Of a DNA stretch of 32,000 nucleotides, positions 15,633 through 23,935 are shown piece by piece. The stretch is taken from assembly GCA_021650915.1 (NCBI GenBank), contig CP091279.1, positions 60,001 through 92,000 on the forward strand. Direction: 5' to 3'. Origin of the DNA: Candidatus Brocadia sp. (GTDB lineage: Bacteria; Planctomycetota; Brocadiia; Brocadiales; Brocadiaceae). How positions within the stretch are numbered: position 1 is the stretch's first letter; every line of letters starts with the position of its first letter. The notes beneath the pieces are model-generated. The model saw only the letters and a list, made by a program, of their open reading frames with translations, searched no databases and had not been told where the DNA came from. Made by a program: the position numbers and the translations under genes.

Positions 15633-18600
15633 TTACGAGAGTCTGGTTAACTGCTGCTGCTCCATTATCTCCTTCCTTGATGATCGCTGAAATAGGGTTC
15701 GGACTTTTTCCTGGAAGGTATCCATGTAAGTATAAAAAACAGGGGTGAGGTAAAGGGTAACAAGCTGGGAAAAAAGCAGACCTCCTACCATAACAAGCCC
15801 CAGGGGACGGCGCGCCTCCGCCCCTGCGCCAAAGCCAAGGGCTATCGGCAAAGCGCCCATGAGCGCTGCCATGGTAGTCATCATGATGGGACGGAACCGG
15901 GTCAGACACCCCTGATATATCGCCTCTAAAGGATTCGTCCCCTCTTTCCTTTGTGTTTCCAGGGCAAAATCGATCTGCATAATGGCATTCTTCTTGACGA
16001 TCCCTATTAACATGACGAGACCCACGAAGCCGTAAACATCCAAATCCAGGTGGAAAAGGAGGAGTGTCATGAGCGCACCCAATCCGGCGGAAGGAAGTCC
16101 AGACAGGATGGTTATCGGGTGGATAAAGCTCTCATAAAGTATTCCCAAAACGATATAAATGACCAGAATGGCCAAAAATAATAACACTCCCAGCCCTTGC
16201 ATTGACGATTGGAATTCCTGTGCAGTGCCCTGAAAGCTGGTGTTAATGGCAGGGGGCAAGGTCTTGCGCGCCAGTTCGTTGACCCCGGTAACGGCCTCGC
16301 TCAGGGAGATTCCTGGTTTGAGGTTAAATGAAATCGTAACGGCTGGGAACTGTCCCAGGTGGTTAATTGTCTGAGGGCCAAGATTCTCTGTCAGCGTTGC
16401 GACCGCGTATAACGGAATGGGAAGTCCATTCAACGAGTTTATATAAAGCATGTGCAAGGTATCCTGATTTATCTGATACTGCGGCTCTAATTCCATGATG
16501 ACCTTATATTGGTCATTGGGTGCATAGATCGTTGAGACCCACCGGTTACCGTAGGCGCTGTAGAGCGCACTTTCGATTTGTCTCGCTGTTACCCCGAGTG
16601 TCGAGGCCTTGTCCCGGTGAATTACAACGTTTATTTGCGGACTCTTGATCTGCAAGTCGCTGGTTACATCTTGCAATATTGGCAGATTCTGCATTTCGGC
16701 TTCCAGGATTGGGGCATAATGATAAAGTTCTTCTATGTTCGGACTTTGCAAGGTAAACTGATACAGGCTTTTTGTCAGCCGCCCCCCGATGCGAATTTCG
16801 GGAGGGTCCTGCATGAAAATTCTGATGCCCGGAATCGTGGCGAGCTTTTGATGCAATTCACCAATTACCTGCGCAGAACTCAGACGGCGCTCGGATCGTG
16901 GTTTTAAATGGATAAACATCATTCCCTGGTTGGGACTGGCAGCAGCGCCTGAACTGCCGACACTCGAATAAAAGTCCTTAACGTTCGGGTCTTTGTGGAC
17001 GATATCCGCCACGGACTGCTGGAGTTGTACCATCTTATCGAAAGAGATTCCCTCCTGAGCTTCTGTAATGGCGAAAATCTGTCCCTGATCTTCGTTCGGA
17101 AGGAATCCCTTGGGAATTGTTGTAAAAAAATATCCCGTAGCCAAAAGGATGACGCCGGAAGCTGCCAGCGTGGTCAGACGATACTGCAAAGCCAGCCTGA
17201 GACTCCGTTCATAAACTTTTAGCAGCCTGTTGAAGAAATTCTCAATAGCCATGTACAGACGTCCGTGTTTCTTCTCAGACGGTGGACGTAAGAAACGACT
17301 ACAAAGCATGGGGGTAAGACTAAGTGAGACAAAACCTGATATCAGAATTGCCACACAAATGGTAACGGCAAATTCCCGGAATAATCGTCCGACAACGCCT
17401 CCCATGAACAGCACGGGAATAAACACGGCTGCGAGTGAAAGCGTCATGGAGAGAATGGTAAAACTGATTTCCCCGGACCCCTTGAGCGCCGCCTGGAATG
17501 GCTTTTCCCCCATCTCCATATGACGGACGATGTTTTCAAGGATGACGATGGCATCGTCTACCACAAACCCGATTGCAAGAATCAATGCCACAAGGGAGAG
17601 GTTGTCCATGCTGTAATTGAAGAGATACATTACGGCAAAGGTGCCTACAATGGACAGCGGGAGCGCCAGACTGGGGATCACCGTGGCAGAGAAATTACGC
17701 AGAAAAAGGAGTATGGTCATAACAACCAGGGCAAAAGTCAGGATCATGGTAAATTTAACTTCGTGGATCGATTTCAGGATTGATTCTGAACGGTCATAGA
17801 GAATATGCATTTCAGCCGAAGGCGGCAGATGCGATTGGAAGACAGGCAGGAGTTTTTTGACGTTACCAGCAACTTCAACTGCATTCGTTCCCGGCTGGCG
17901 CTGAACTGCCAGCACAACGGCCCGCTGGCTTCCGTTTTTGTCCACGTACCAGGCAGCAGCCTTATCATTTTCAACGCTGTCAATGATCCTTCCCAGTTCC
18001 TCAAGACGCACTGGCGAACCGTCGCGGTAGGTTACGATAACGGAACGGTAGTCGAAGGCCTTGAATAGTTGGCCGGTAGCAAGGATGGTAAATGCCTTGT
18101 GGGTTCCATCCAGGGTTCCTGTAGGCAGATTAACATTTGCATTGCGGAGCGCGTCTTCTACCGTGTCGATTCCAATACCTTTACCGGCAAGGGCATGGGG
18201 GTTAAGTTGAACGCGAACGGCATATTTCTGTGGTCCGTAAATCTGGACCAGCGAGACCCCGCTGGTCATGGAGATACGCTGCGCCATCAGGGTGTCCGCG
18301 TAATCATGCAGTTCCCAGAGGGGAAGCGTCCGGGAAGTCAGGGCAATATACAAGACAGGCTGGTCGGCAGGGTTTACCTTCTTATAGGTGGGAGGTTGGG
18401 GCAAATCCTGAGGAAGAAATGGTGTAGCCTGGGTAATGGCAGTCTGTACGTCCTGCGCTGCTGCATCAATATTCCGGCTTAGTTTAAACTGAAGGGTAAT
18501 CTGCGTGGACCCCAGGGCGCTGGTGGAGGTCATGGAATCTAAGCCTTCAATCGTTGAAAACTGCCGCTCCAGGGGCGTCGCAACGGACGAAGACATGGTT

Positions 18601-18770
18601 TCAGGACTGGCGCCAGGAAGGCTGGCGCTTACCAGAAGTGTTGGAAAGTCAACGTTGGGGAGGTCGCTCACCGGCAGGAGCCGGTATCCTGCAATACCAA
18701 AGAGGAGTATCCCGATCATGACGAGAGTTGTCATGACCGGACGCCGGATAAAAGGCCCTGAAATATTCAC
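15633..18770 (-). CDS. RND efflux transporter permease (AcrB/MdtC-like, HAE1 type)
   Basis: 1045 aa. MNISGPFIRRPVMTTLVMIGILLFG is a typical N-terminus. The architecture of 12 transmembrane segments plus two large periplasmic loops is typical of AcrB-family pumps. Confidence 0.93.
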   Translation of the reverse strand: MNISGPFIRRPVMTTLVMIGILLFGIAGYRLLPVSDLPNVDFPTLLVSASLPGASPETMSSSVATPLERQFSTIEGLDSMTSTSALGSTQITLQFKLSRNIDAAAQDVQTAITQATPFLPQDLPQPPTYKKVNPADQPVLYIALTSRTLPLWELHDYADTLMAQRISMTSGVSLVQIYGPQKYAVRVQLNPHALAGKGIGIDTVEDALRNANVNLPTGTLDGTHKAFTILATGQLFKAFDYRSVIVTYRDGSPVRLEELGRIIDSVENDKAAAWYVDKNGSQRAVVLAVQRQPGTNAVEVAGNVKKLLPVFQSHLPPSAEMHILYDRSESILKSIHEVKFTMILTFALVVMTILLFLRNFSATVIPSLALPLSIVGTFAVMYLFNYSMDNLSLVALILAIGFVVDDAIVILENIVRHMEMGEKPFQAALKGSGEISFTILSMTLSLAAVFIPVLFMGGVVGRLFREFAVTICVAILISGFVSLSLTPMLCSRFLRPPSEKKHGRLYMAIENFFNRLLKVYERSLRLALQYRLTTLAASGVILLATGYFFTTIPKGFLPNEDQGQIFAITEAQEGISFDKMVQLQQSVADIVHKDPNVKDFYSSVGSSGAAASPNQGMMFIHLKPRSERRLSSAQVIGELHQKLATIPGIRIFMQDPPEIRIGGRLTKSLYQFTLQSPNIEELYHYAPILEAEMQNLPILQDVTSDLQIKSPQINVVIHRDKASTLGVTARQIESALYSAYGNRWVSTIYAPNDQYKVIMELEPQYQINQDTLHMLYINSLNGLPIPLYAVATLTENLGPQTINHLGQFPAVTISFNLKPGISLSEAVTGVNELARKTLPPAINTSFQGTAQEFQSSMQGLGVLLFLAILVIYIVLGILYESFIHPITILSGLPSAGLGALMTLLLFHLDLDVYGFVGLVMLIGIVKKNAIMQIDFALETQRKEGTNPLEAIYQGCLTRFRPIMMTTMAALMGALPIALGFGAGAEARRPLGLVMVGGLLFSQLVTLYLTPVFYTYMDTFQEKVRTLFQRSSRKEIMEQQQLTRLS

Positions 18771-18825
18771 AAATTCATCTCTCCTTTGTAATAGAGTAAA
18801 TGTTTAAATAAGTTGGCATGTGATA

Positions 18826-18889
18826 GTCATTGCGAGCGACAGTGAAGCAATCCAGCCCTTGAGATTGCTTCACTGTCGCTCGCAATGAC
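18826..18889. repeat. Perfect 27-bp-stem hairpin (CATTGCGAG...GAAGCAATC type)
   Basis: GTCATTGCGAGCGACAGTGAAGCAATC (18826-18852), a 10-nt loop, then the exact reverse complement (18863-18889). It is related to the inner palindrome of repeat B. It lies 56-119 nt upstream of the RND permease start. Confidence 0.85.
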
Positions 18890-19019
18890 AACTTTCCTTT
18901 TGCGCTCATGGTAGTTCGCCCCAACCCGTGCCTTTCCCAATCAAAAAAGCTTACAGTTGGCTAATTTTGCCGGGGAAACTAACCATGAACGGATGAGCAA
19001 TCCTTTAAATTACGCGAGA

Positions 19020-19137
19020 TATACTCAAGATGCTCATAAAATGTGAATTTTAAATTGATAATAGGTGGCGCATGGACAAAATCTGTTTGTCCATGTGGAA
19101 CTACTATAAATCCCAAATTGCAAGCCTATGGAGTATA
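19020..19137 (+). repeat. Repeat family C, copy 2
   Basis: Aligns end to end with 9818-9934 and 30656-30772. It sits in the adaptor-permease intergenic region. Confidence 0.8.
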
Positions 19138-19149
19138 GTATCGTGCTGG

Positions 19150-19178
19150 ATGTTTCGGTGAGCCCTCTCACCGAAACA
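19150..19178. other. Perfect 13-bp hairpin
   Basis: ATGTTTCGGTGAG-CCC-CTCACCGAAACAT. It lies 56 nt downstream of the adaptor gene stop. There is no T-tract on either strand. Confidence 0.5.
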
Positions 19179-19233
19179 TGAATTCATCCTCAGCGCCGAA
19201 ACGTCGGCCATTCCTTTGTTTTGTCTGGTGGCC

Positions 19234-20397
19234 TTACTCATAGGTGTCAACTTTTTGATTATGTATACCAGAACTGCTTTGCGCCAGGGACTCCAGGATG
19301 TTCTTAATTTCCACTTTACTTCCCTGGACAAGCTGGAATTGACCGTCAGTTACTACCTTCTCGCCGGGTTGAAGCCCTTTTGCGATAATCGTTTCCTGAT
19401 TGAAGCGGTTCCCTAAAACGACTGGCCGGAATTCCACGGTAAAATCGGGTCTGACGACAAAGACATAATTGCCTTCCTGGCCTATCTGGATTGCCTGGGA
19501 AGGAATTACGACTGCACCCGGTTGTGTAGTGAGTGTTAATACCACGTTAACGAACTGTTTTGGCCAGAGGGATTCGTCTTCGTTGACAAAGATTGCCTTA
19601 AGCAAAATGGTGCCCGTAGATTCATGTACTTCGTTATTTATGAAGGTCAGTTCTCCAGCGACTGAATCCATTTCATCTTTAGGAACAATCGCCTCTACTT
19701 TCAGGTTTTTCTGGGCCATGTATCTCCTGACTTCTGATAGCTCCTGTTCCGGCAAGGAAAATGTGACATATATCGGCTTCGTCTGATTAATTGTTACCAG
19801 TATGGTATCAATGTCTTTGACAATGTTGCCCTGATTAACCTCAAGTCTTCCGATACGGCCGTCTATAGGGGAACGGATATTGCAGTATCCAAGTTGAAGT
19901 CGGGCGTTTACCACAGCGGCCTCATCGGCCTTAACCGTCGCCCTGAAGGCTTCAAAATTGGTATGGTATTGGTCGTATTCCTGCTTGGAAACCACGCCGC
20001 TTTTCAGTAACGCATTGTACCGAAGTACATCCGCCTCTGCCTTTTTCATCTGGGCGGTATCTCGTGCCAGGTTAGCTTCAAATTGTTTGAGCGATGCCTT
20101 AAAAGGACGGGAATCGATCAGGAAAAGGAGATCCCCTTTTTTCACTTCCTGGCCTTCTTTGAAATAGACGCGTAACAGCTCTCCTTCGACCCGCGCCTTG
20201 ACCGATACGGTAGAATAAGCCTCTACGTTCCCAATGGTGTGTATTTGGATGGGGATGTCCTTTTGTTCAGCGATAGCCACGACAACCGGTATGGCGGCTG
20301 GCATCGCATGTTTCTCCTTTGCTCCGGGTGAACAAGCCGCAGCGAGGGTTATGATTCCCAGGATAAAACTGCATCTGATAATGAGAAAAGGGTTCAT
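19234..20397 (-). CDS. RND efflux periplasmic adaptor (membrane fusion protein, AcrA/MdtA-like) lipoprotein
   Basis: 387 aa with a lipobox (LAAAC). It has the biotinyl-lipoyl-like and coiled-coil hairpin pattern (VEGELLRVYFKEGQEVKKGDLLFLID, YQYHTNFEAF...) and sits upstream of the RND permease. Confidence 0.9.
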   Translation of the reverse strand: MNPFLIIRCSFILGIITLAAACSPGAKEKHAMPAAIPVVVAIAEQKDIPIQIHTIGNVEAYSTVSVKARVEGELLRVYFKEGQEVKKGDLLFLIDSRPFKASLKQFEANLARDTAQMKKAEADVLRYNALLKSGVVSKQEYDQYHTNFEAFRATVKADEAAVVNARLQLGYCNIRSPIDGRIGRLEVNQGNIVKDIDTILVTINQTKPIYVTFSLPEQELSEVRRYMAQKNLKVEAIVPKDEMDSVAGELTFINNEVHESTGTILLKAIFVNEDESLWPKQFVNVVLTLTTQPGAVVIPSQAIQIGQEGNYVFVVRPDFTVEFRPVVLGNRFNQETIIAKGLQPGEKVVTDGQFQLVQGSKVEIKNILESLAQSSSGIHNQKVDTYE

Positions 20398-20418
20398 TTC
20401 GTTGTTCCTTTAATAAAG

Positions 20419-20478
20419 ATTACTACCCAAATCCTGCACACAAAGCATGGCCTTTGTGTGCAGGACTTGGGTAGTAAT
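20419..20478. repeat. Repeat family F hairpin, copy 1 (27-bp stem, 1 mismatch)
   Basis: ATTACTACCCAAATCCTGCACACAAAG-CATGGC-CTTTGTGTGCAGGACTTGGGTAGTAAT. It lies between the mtfA stop and the adaptor gene start, so it is positioned as an mtfA terminator. Confidence 0.7.
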
Positions 20479-20575
20479 ATCAATCACGGTTTCCCTATAG
20501 TAAAGAGGGAACCCGGGTGTGTAAAGAAGCCTTAAACGCGTCCCCGGCCGGAAAACAAAGGCGTCTCCGTTTAAC

Positions 20576-21343
20576 CTATCTTACAGATAGTTGTGCCGGG
20601 TCTTGCTGATAATAAAGTTTTAACTCTTCGTAAAGCTCAGGATGTTTTCGTTTGAGTTGTATGGCTTTTTCGAAGAAACATTCCGTTGCCACGGCAAAAA
20701 ATTCCGCGGGATTTGTGGCGCCGTACTTGTCCAGCATAGTCCGCCGGCCATGTTTGGCATCTTGTTGTAAATGTAGATATTCTGCGCCAAGCACACGTGC
20801 CCACGCAACATACATCGAACGGCGCGGCAAAATGGGCGACCCATGGGCAGCTCCACCCTCCTGATCCAGCTGATGTGCAAACTCATGCAGGACAACGTTG
20901 TGACCATCATGAATATCAGCCGCACCCCGAAGCACGTCATCCCATGACAGGACAACTGCCCCATGATGCCATGATTCGCCAAGTCTGACAGAATCACCCT
21001 CACGTATAATTCCACCTGCCGACTCAGACACATGCGCTATATATGCGCTTGGATACACTAATATCGAAATCATGGTTGGGTAGTAGTCCGTATCCCGGTG
21101 TAAGAGAAGCAGGCATGCCTGCGCCGCAATGGTGACCTTCATTTCATCCGTTATTTGCAAACCGCCACAGCCCTCGAAACGCTTTTCAGCAAGGAATACC
21201 TGGATATGCCCCTGCAGTTCCCGCCGATCGGCCTCCGGCAGATAACGATAGTATGGGACATTCCGCTCAATGATTTTAAGCCATGCCTGGGGTAATGGAA
21301 CAGAGTGCAGGTGATCACGACGCCGATGCTTAAAGCCAAACAT
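20576..21343 (-). CDS. mtfA: MtfA-like zinc metallopeptidase (peptidase M90 family)
   Basis: 255 aa with a HEFAHQLD (HExxH) motif. GATNPAEFFAVATECFFE is characteristic of the MtfA/M90 family. Confidence 0.85.
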   Translation of the reverse strand: MFGFKHRRRDHLHSVPLPQAWLKIIERNVPYYRYLPEADRRELQGHIQVFLAEKRFEGCGGLQITDEMKVTIAAQACLLLLHRDTDYYPTMISILVYPSAYIAHVSESAGGIIREGDSVRLGESWHHGAVVLSWDDVLRGAADIHDGHNVVLHEFAHQLDQEGGAAHGSPILPRRSMYVAWARVLGAEYLHLQQDAKHGRRTMLDKYGATNPAEFFAVATECFFEKAIQLKRKHPELYEELKLYYQQDPAQLSVR

Positions 21344-21410
21344 ACTGAAAATCCCTTACTCATCATATCCCTTAAATGTTATTACTTTTCAGCACAAAAA
21401 AATATTCTAC

Positions 21411-21452
21411 CTAAATCCTGCAGACAAGGCAAGGCCTTGTTGCAGGATTTAG
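21411..21452. repeat. Repeat family F hairpin, copy 2
   Basis: CTAAATCCTGCAGACAAGG-CAAGG-CCTTGTTGCAGGATTTAG. It shares the core AAATCCTGCA(C/G)ACAA(A/G)G with copy 1 and lies 68 nt upstream of the mtfA start. Confidence 0.65.
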
Positions 21453-21840
21453 CCGGAAATGGCAGAATTTCCAAGAGATTTCAGGGTGTTGTAAGAATAA
21501 AAACCCTTGAACAGAACGAGTCGGAAAAAACGAGCTGCCCCTGTCAGGGTTCAAAACCCTGACGGGGGTATGTCTGTTCATAATAATATTTATGGTCTGT
21601 TGTCTTCTTATCTTCTTGCGTCCCCGAATTTACATGGTAGGGGCGCGGATATTTATTTGGCTAAATTACGGGCTGCGGATTATAATATTCAGGAATATGT
21701 TTCCGTAGGTTAACATACTACAAATATTACGTCCGGGTAATAGAAGTTATTATTGGGAGTATGTGTTGTGTGTTTTCATTGAACGGTGTCGTGTAGTTAT
21801 GCAAATTGCACATTATGAGGTTGGATAAAGGTATCTGGCG

Positions 21841-23883
21841 ATGGACATAAGAGTATTTTTTAAGCGGATAATTTTTAAAAATATTGAGCGATGGATTAAT
21901 TACCGTGGTATGTCCGAGTCTCTTATCCTTATCTGCGCGGCACTTCTTGTTGGTATTGCCAGCGGTTCTGGCGTATTGCTTTTTAAAAAGATGATTAAGC
22001 TGGTACACTGGGGTATGTTCAATGGTTTTGGATTCATCTTGTTGTTTTTTGGTCATTGGACGTTCATGCTTGTGCCTGTTATGCCTCTCGCGGGCGGTCT
22101 TGTCGTCGGATTGATTGTTCGGTATTCCTTGCGTGAGGATCGCTATCATGGGGTAGCAGGTGTGATGGAGTCAGTGGCATTAGCAGGGGGGAGGCTTTAT
22201 TATCGACTTTTACCGGCAAAAACAATTGCAGCGTCTCTATCCATCGGTTCTGGCGCATCTGTCGGGCCAGAGGATCCTTCAGTACAAATTGGATCAAATC
22301 TTGGCTCAATGTTTGGGCAACTCTTGCGTTTTTCTGATGAACGGGTGCGTGTGCTCGTTGCGGCGGGTGCAGCAAGTGGAGTTGCCGCTGCCTTTAATGC
22401 TCCGATTGCAAGCGTATTTTTTGCGCTGGAAATAATCATAGGAGAATTGAGCAGCAAGGCGTTTGGCATCATAGCCTTGTCGGCTGTGGTATCATCGGTG
22501 TTCACGCAAGCTATATCAGGTCCAGAGCCTGCATTTCACGTTCCAGCCTATGCATTGCATTCAGTATGGGAACTGCCGTTGTATTTAGGATTAGGGGTGA
22601 TATCCGGACCCATTGCGGCAATATATACTCGTTTACTGTATGCTGCCCGCGATATTTTCAATCAATGGCGCATCCCCCGTTGGCTTAAGCCTGCAATTGC
22701 CGGTCTTATTGTTGGCCTTGTGGGAATTTATCTGCCTCATGTGTTTGGCGAAGGATACGAAACGATTGAAAAAATTCTCGATGCAAAACCCCTGGCATTA
22801 AGTCTTTTGCTTCTATTGCTGATAGCTAAACTTTTTCTAACCCCGATAAGTATTGGCGGCGGCTTTTTTGGCGGCGTATTTGCTCCGTCCCTATTCCTGG
22901 GGGCAACAGCCGGGGGGGCTTATGGACTCATTGTCCAGCAGCTTTTTCCTGCTCTTCATATTGCGCCACCTGCGTTTGCTATGGTGGGAATGGCAGCCGT
23001 TCTTGCTGGCGCAGTGCATGCTCCGCTTACCGCAATTATTCTCCTGTTTGAAATGACGAATAATTATAAGATTATTTTGCCCTTAATGTTTGCCGTGACT
23101 GTCAGTCTTTACCTTTCTCGTTATTTACAACGTGACTCTATATATACCTTTGGTTTGGCGCGTAAGGGCATACGTCTGGAGCACGGGCGCGTTGTAGACA
23201 TACTGGAGTCAATTAATGTGGATGAGATTATGGAGAAGAATGTTGTGACGTTACGTGAGGCTGATTCGTTAATAACAGCGTCCAATTTACTTCTGCAAAC
23301 ACGACATCGTAGTTTACCGGTGCTGAATGAAGCAGGAGAACTCGCCGGAATTCTTACTGTGCAGGATATTGAGCGTGCGCAGAATGAAGGCGATAACAAA
23401 GATTGCACCGTTGGCGAAACCTGTACGCGAGAATTGCTTCTTGCACATCCTGATGAAACAATTGGCGCCGCATTGCGCCGCATGGGGATTCGCGATCTGG
23501 ACAGCTTACCCGTTGTGTTGCGTAACAATCAAAGTTGTTTGGTAGGCTTGTTGAGTAGCACGGACATAGTGCGTGCCTATGATCTGGCATTAACCCGCCG
23601 TGAGCAAATTAAACATCGTGCACACCAGGTACACCTTAATACTGTTGGAGGTGTAAACGTGGAAAAAATTACGGTGGAGTCCGGCTCACACTGTGCAAAC
23701 AAACAGATTCGGGAGGTGACCTGGCCTCGAGAATCAGTGATCGCAACCGTTCGAAGAGGGAGAAAAATATTTATTCCGGATGGTGATACAATCTTAAAAG
23801 AAGGCGATGTGTTGGTGATTGTGGCGGATATCGAAATACGTGAACAAATTCAACGCCTTTGTTCACCTGTAAGAGCTGTTTAA
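21841..23883 (+). CDS. ClC-family chloride channel/transporter with a C-terminal CBS pair and TrkA-C (RCK_C) domain
   Basis: 680 aa. GSGASVGPEDPSVQIGS and GGFFGGVFAPSLFLGA are ClC selectivity-filter-type motifs. Two CBS repeats (VVTLREADSL...LPVLNEAGELAGILTVQDI and LPVVLRNNQSCLVGLLSSTDI) are followed by EGDVLVIVADIE, which is TrkA-C-like. The start could instead be the internal Met at MSESLIL. Confidence 0.88.
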   Translation: MDIRVFFKRIIFKNIERWINYRGMSESLILICAALLVGIASGSGVLLFKKMIKLVHWGMFNGFGFILLFFGHWTFMLVPVMPLAGGLVVGLIVRYSLREDRYHGVAGVMESVALAGGRLYYRLLPAKTIAASLSIGSGASVGPEDPSVQIGSNLGSMFGQLLRFSDERVRVLVAAGAASGVAAAFNAPIASVFFALEIIIGELSSKAFGIIALSAVVSSVFTQAISGPEPAFHVPAYALHSVWELPLYLGLGVISGPIAAIYTRLLYAARDIFNQWRIPRWLKPAIAGLIVGLVGIYLPHVFGEGYETIEKILDAKPLALSLLLLLLIAKLFLTPISIGGGFFGGVFAPSLFLGATAGGAYGLIVQQLFPALHIAPPAFAMVGMAAVLAGAVHAPLTAIILLFEMTNNYKIILPLMFAVTVSLYLSRYLQRDSIYTFGLARKGIRLEHGRVVDILESINVDEIMEKNVVTLREADSLITASNLLLQTRHRSLPVLNEAGELAGILTVQDIERAQNEGDNKDCTVGETCTRELLLAHPDETIGAALRRMGIRDLDSLPVVLRNNQSCLVGLLSSTDIVRAYDLALTRREQIKHRAHQVHLNTVGGVNVEKITVESGSHCANKQIREVTWPRESVIATVRRGRKIFIPDGDTILKEGDVLVIVADIEIREQIQRLCSPVRAV

Positions 23884-23935
23884 TATCGTTTTTGCCAGGA
23901 ATGTCAAAATATTTTTTGATGATGGTTATTGAAAG

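Noticed and set aside
21700-21845. Fluoride riboswitch upstream of the ClC gene (GGCGATGG at the start codon)
   Set aside because: Only that octamer resembles the crcB motif, and the rest of the pseudoknot consensus is absent. The protein is a long CBS-containing ClC, not the short ClC-F type.
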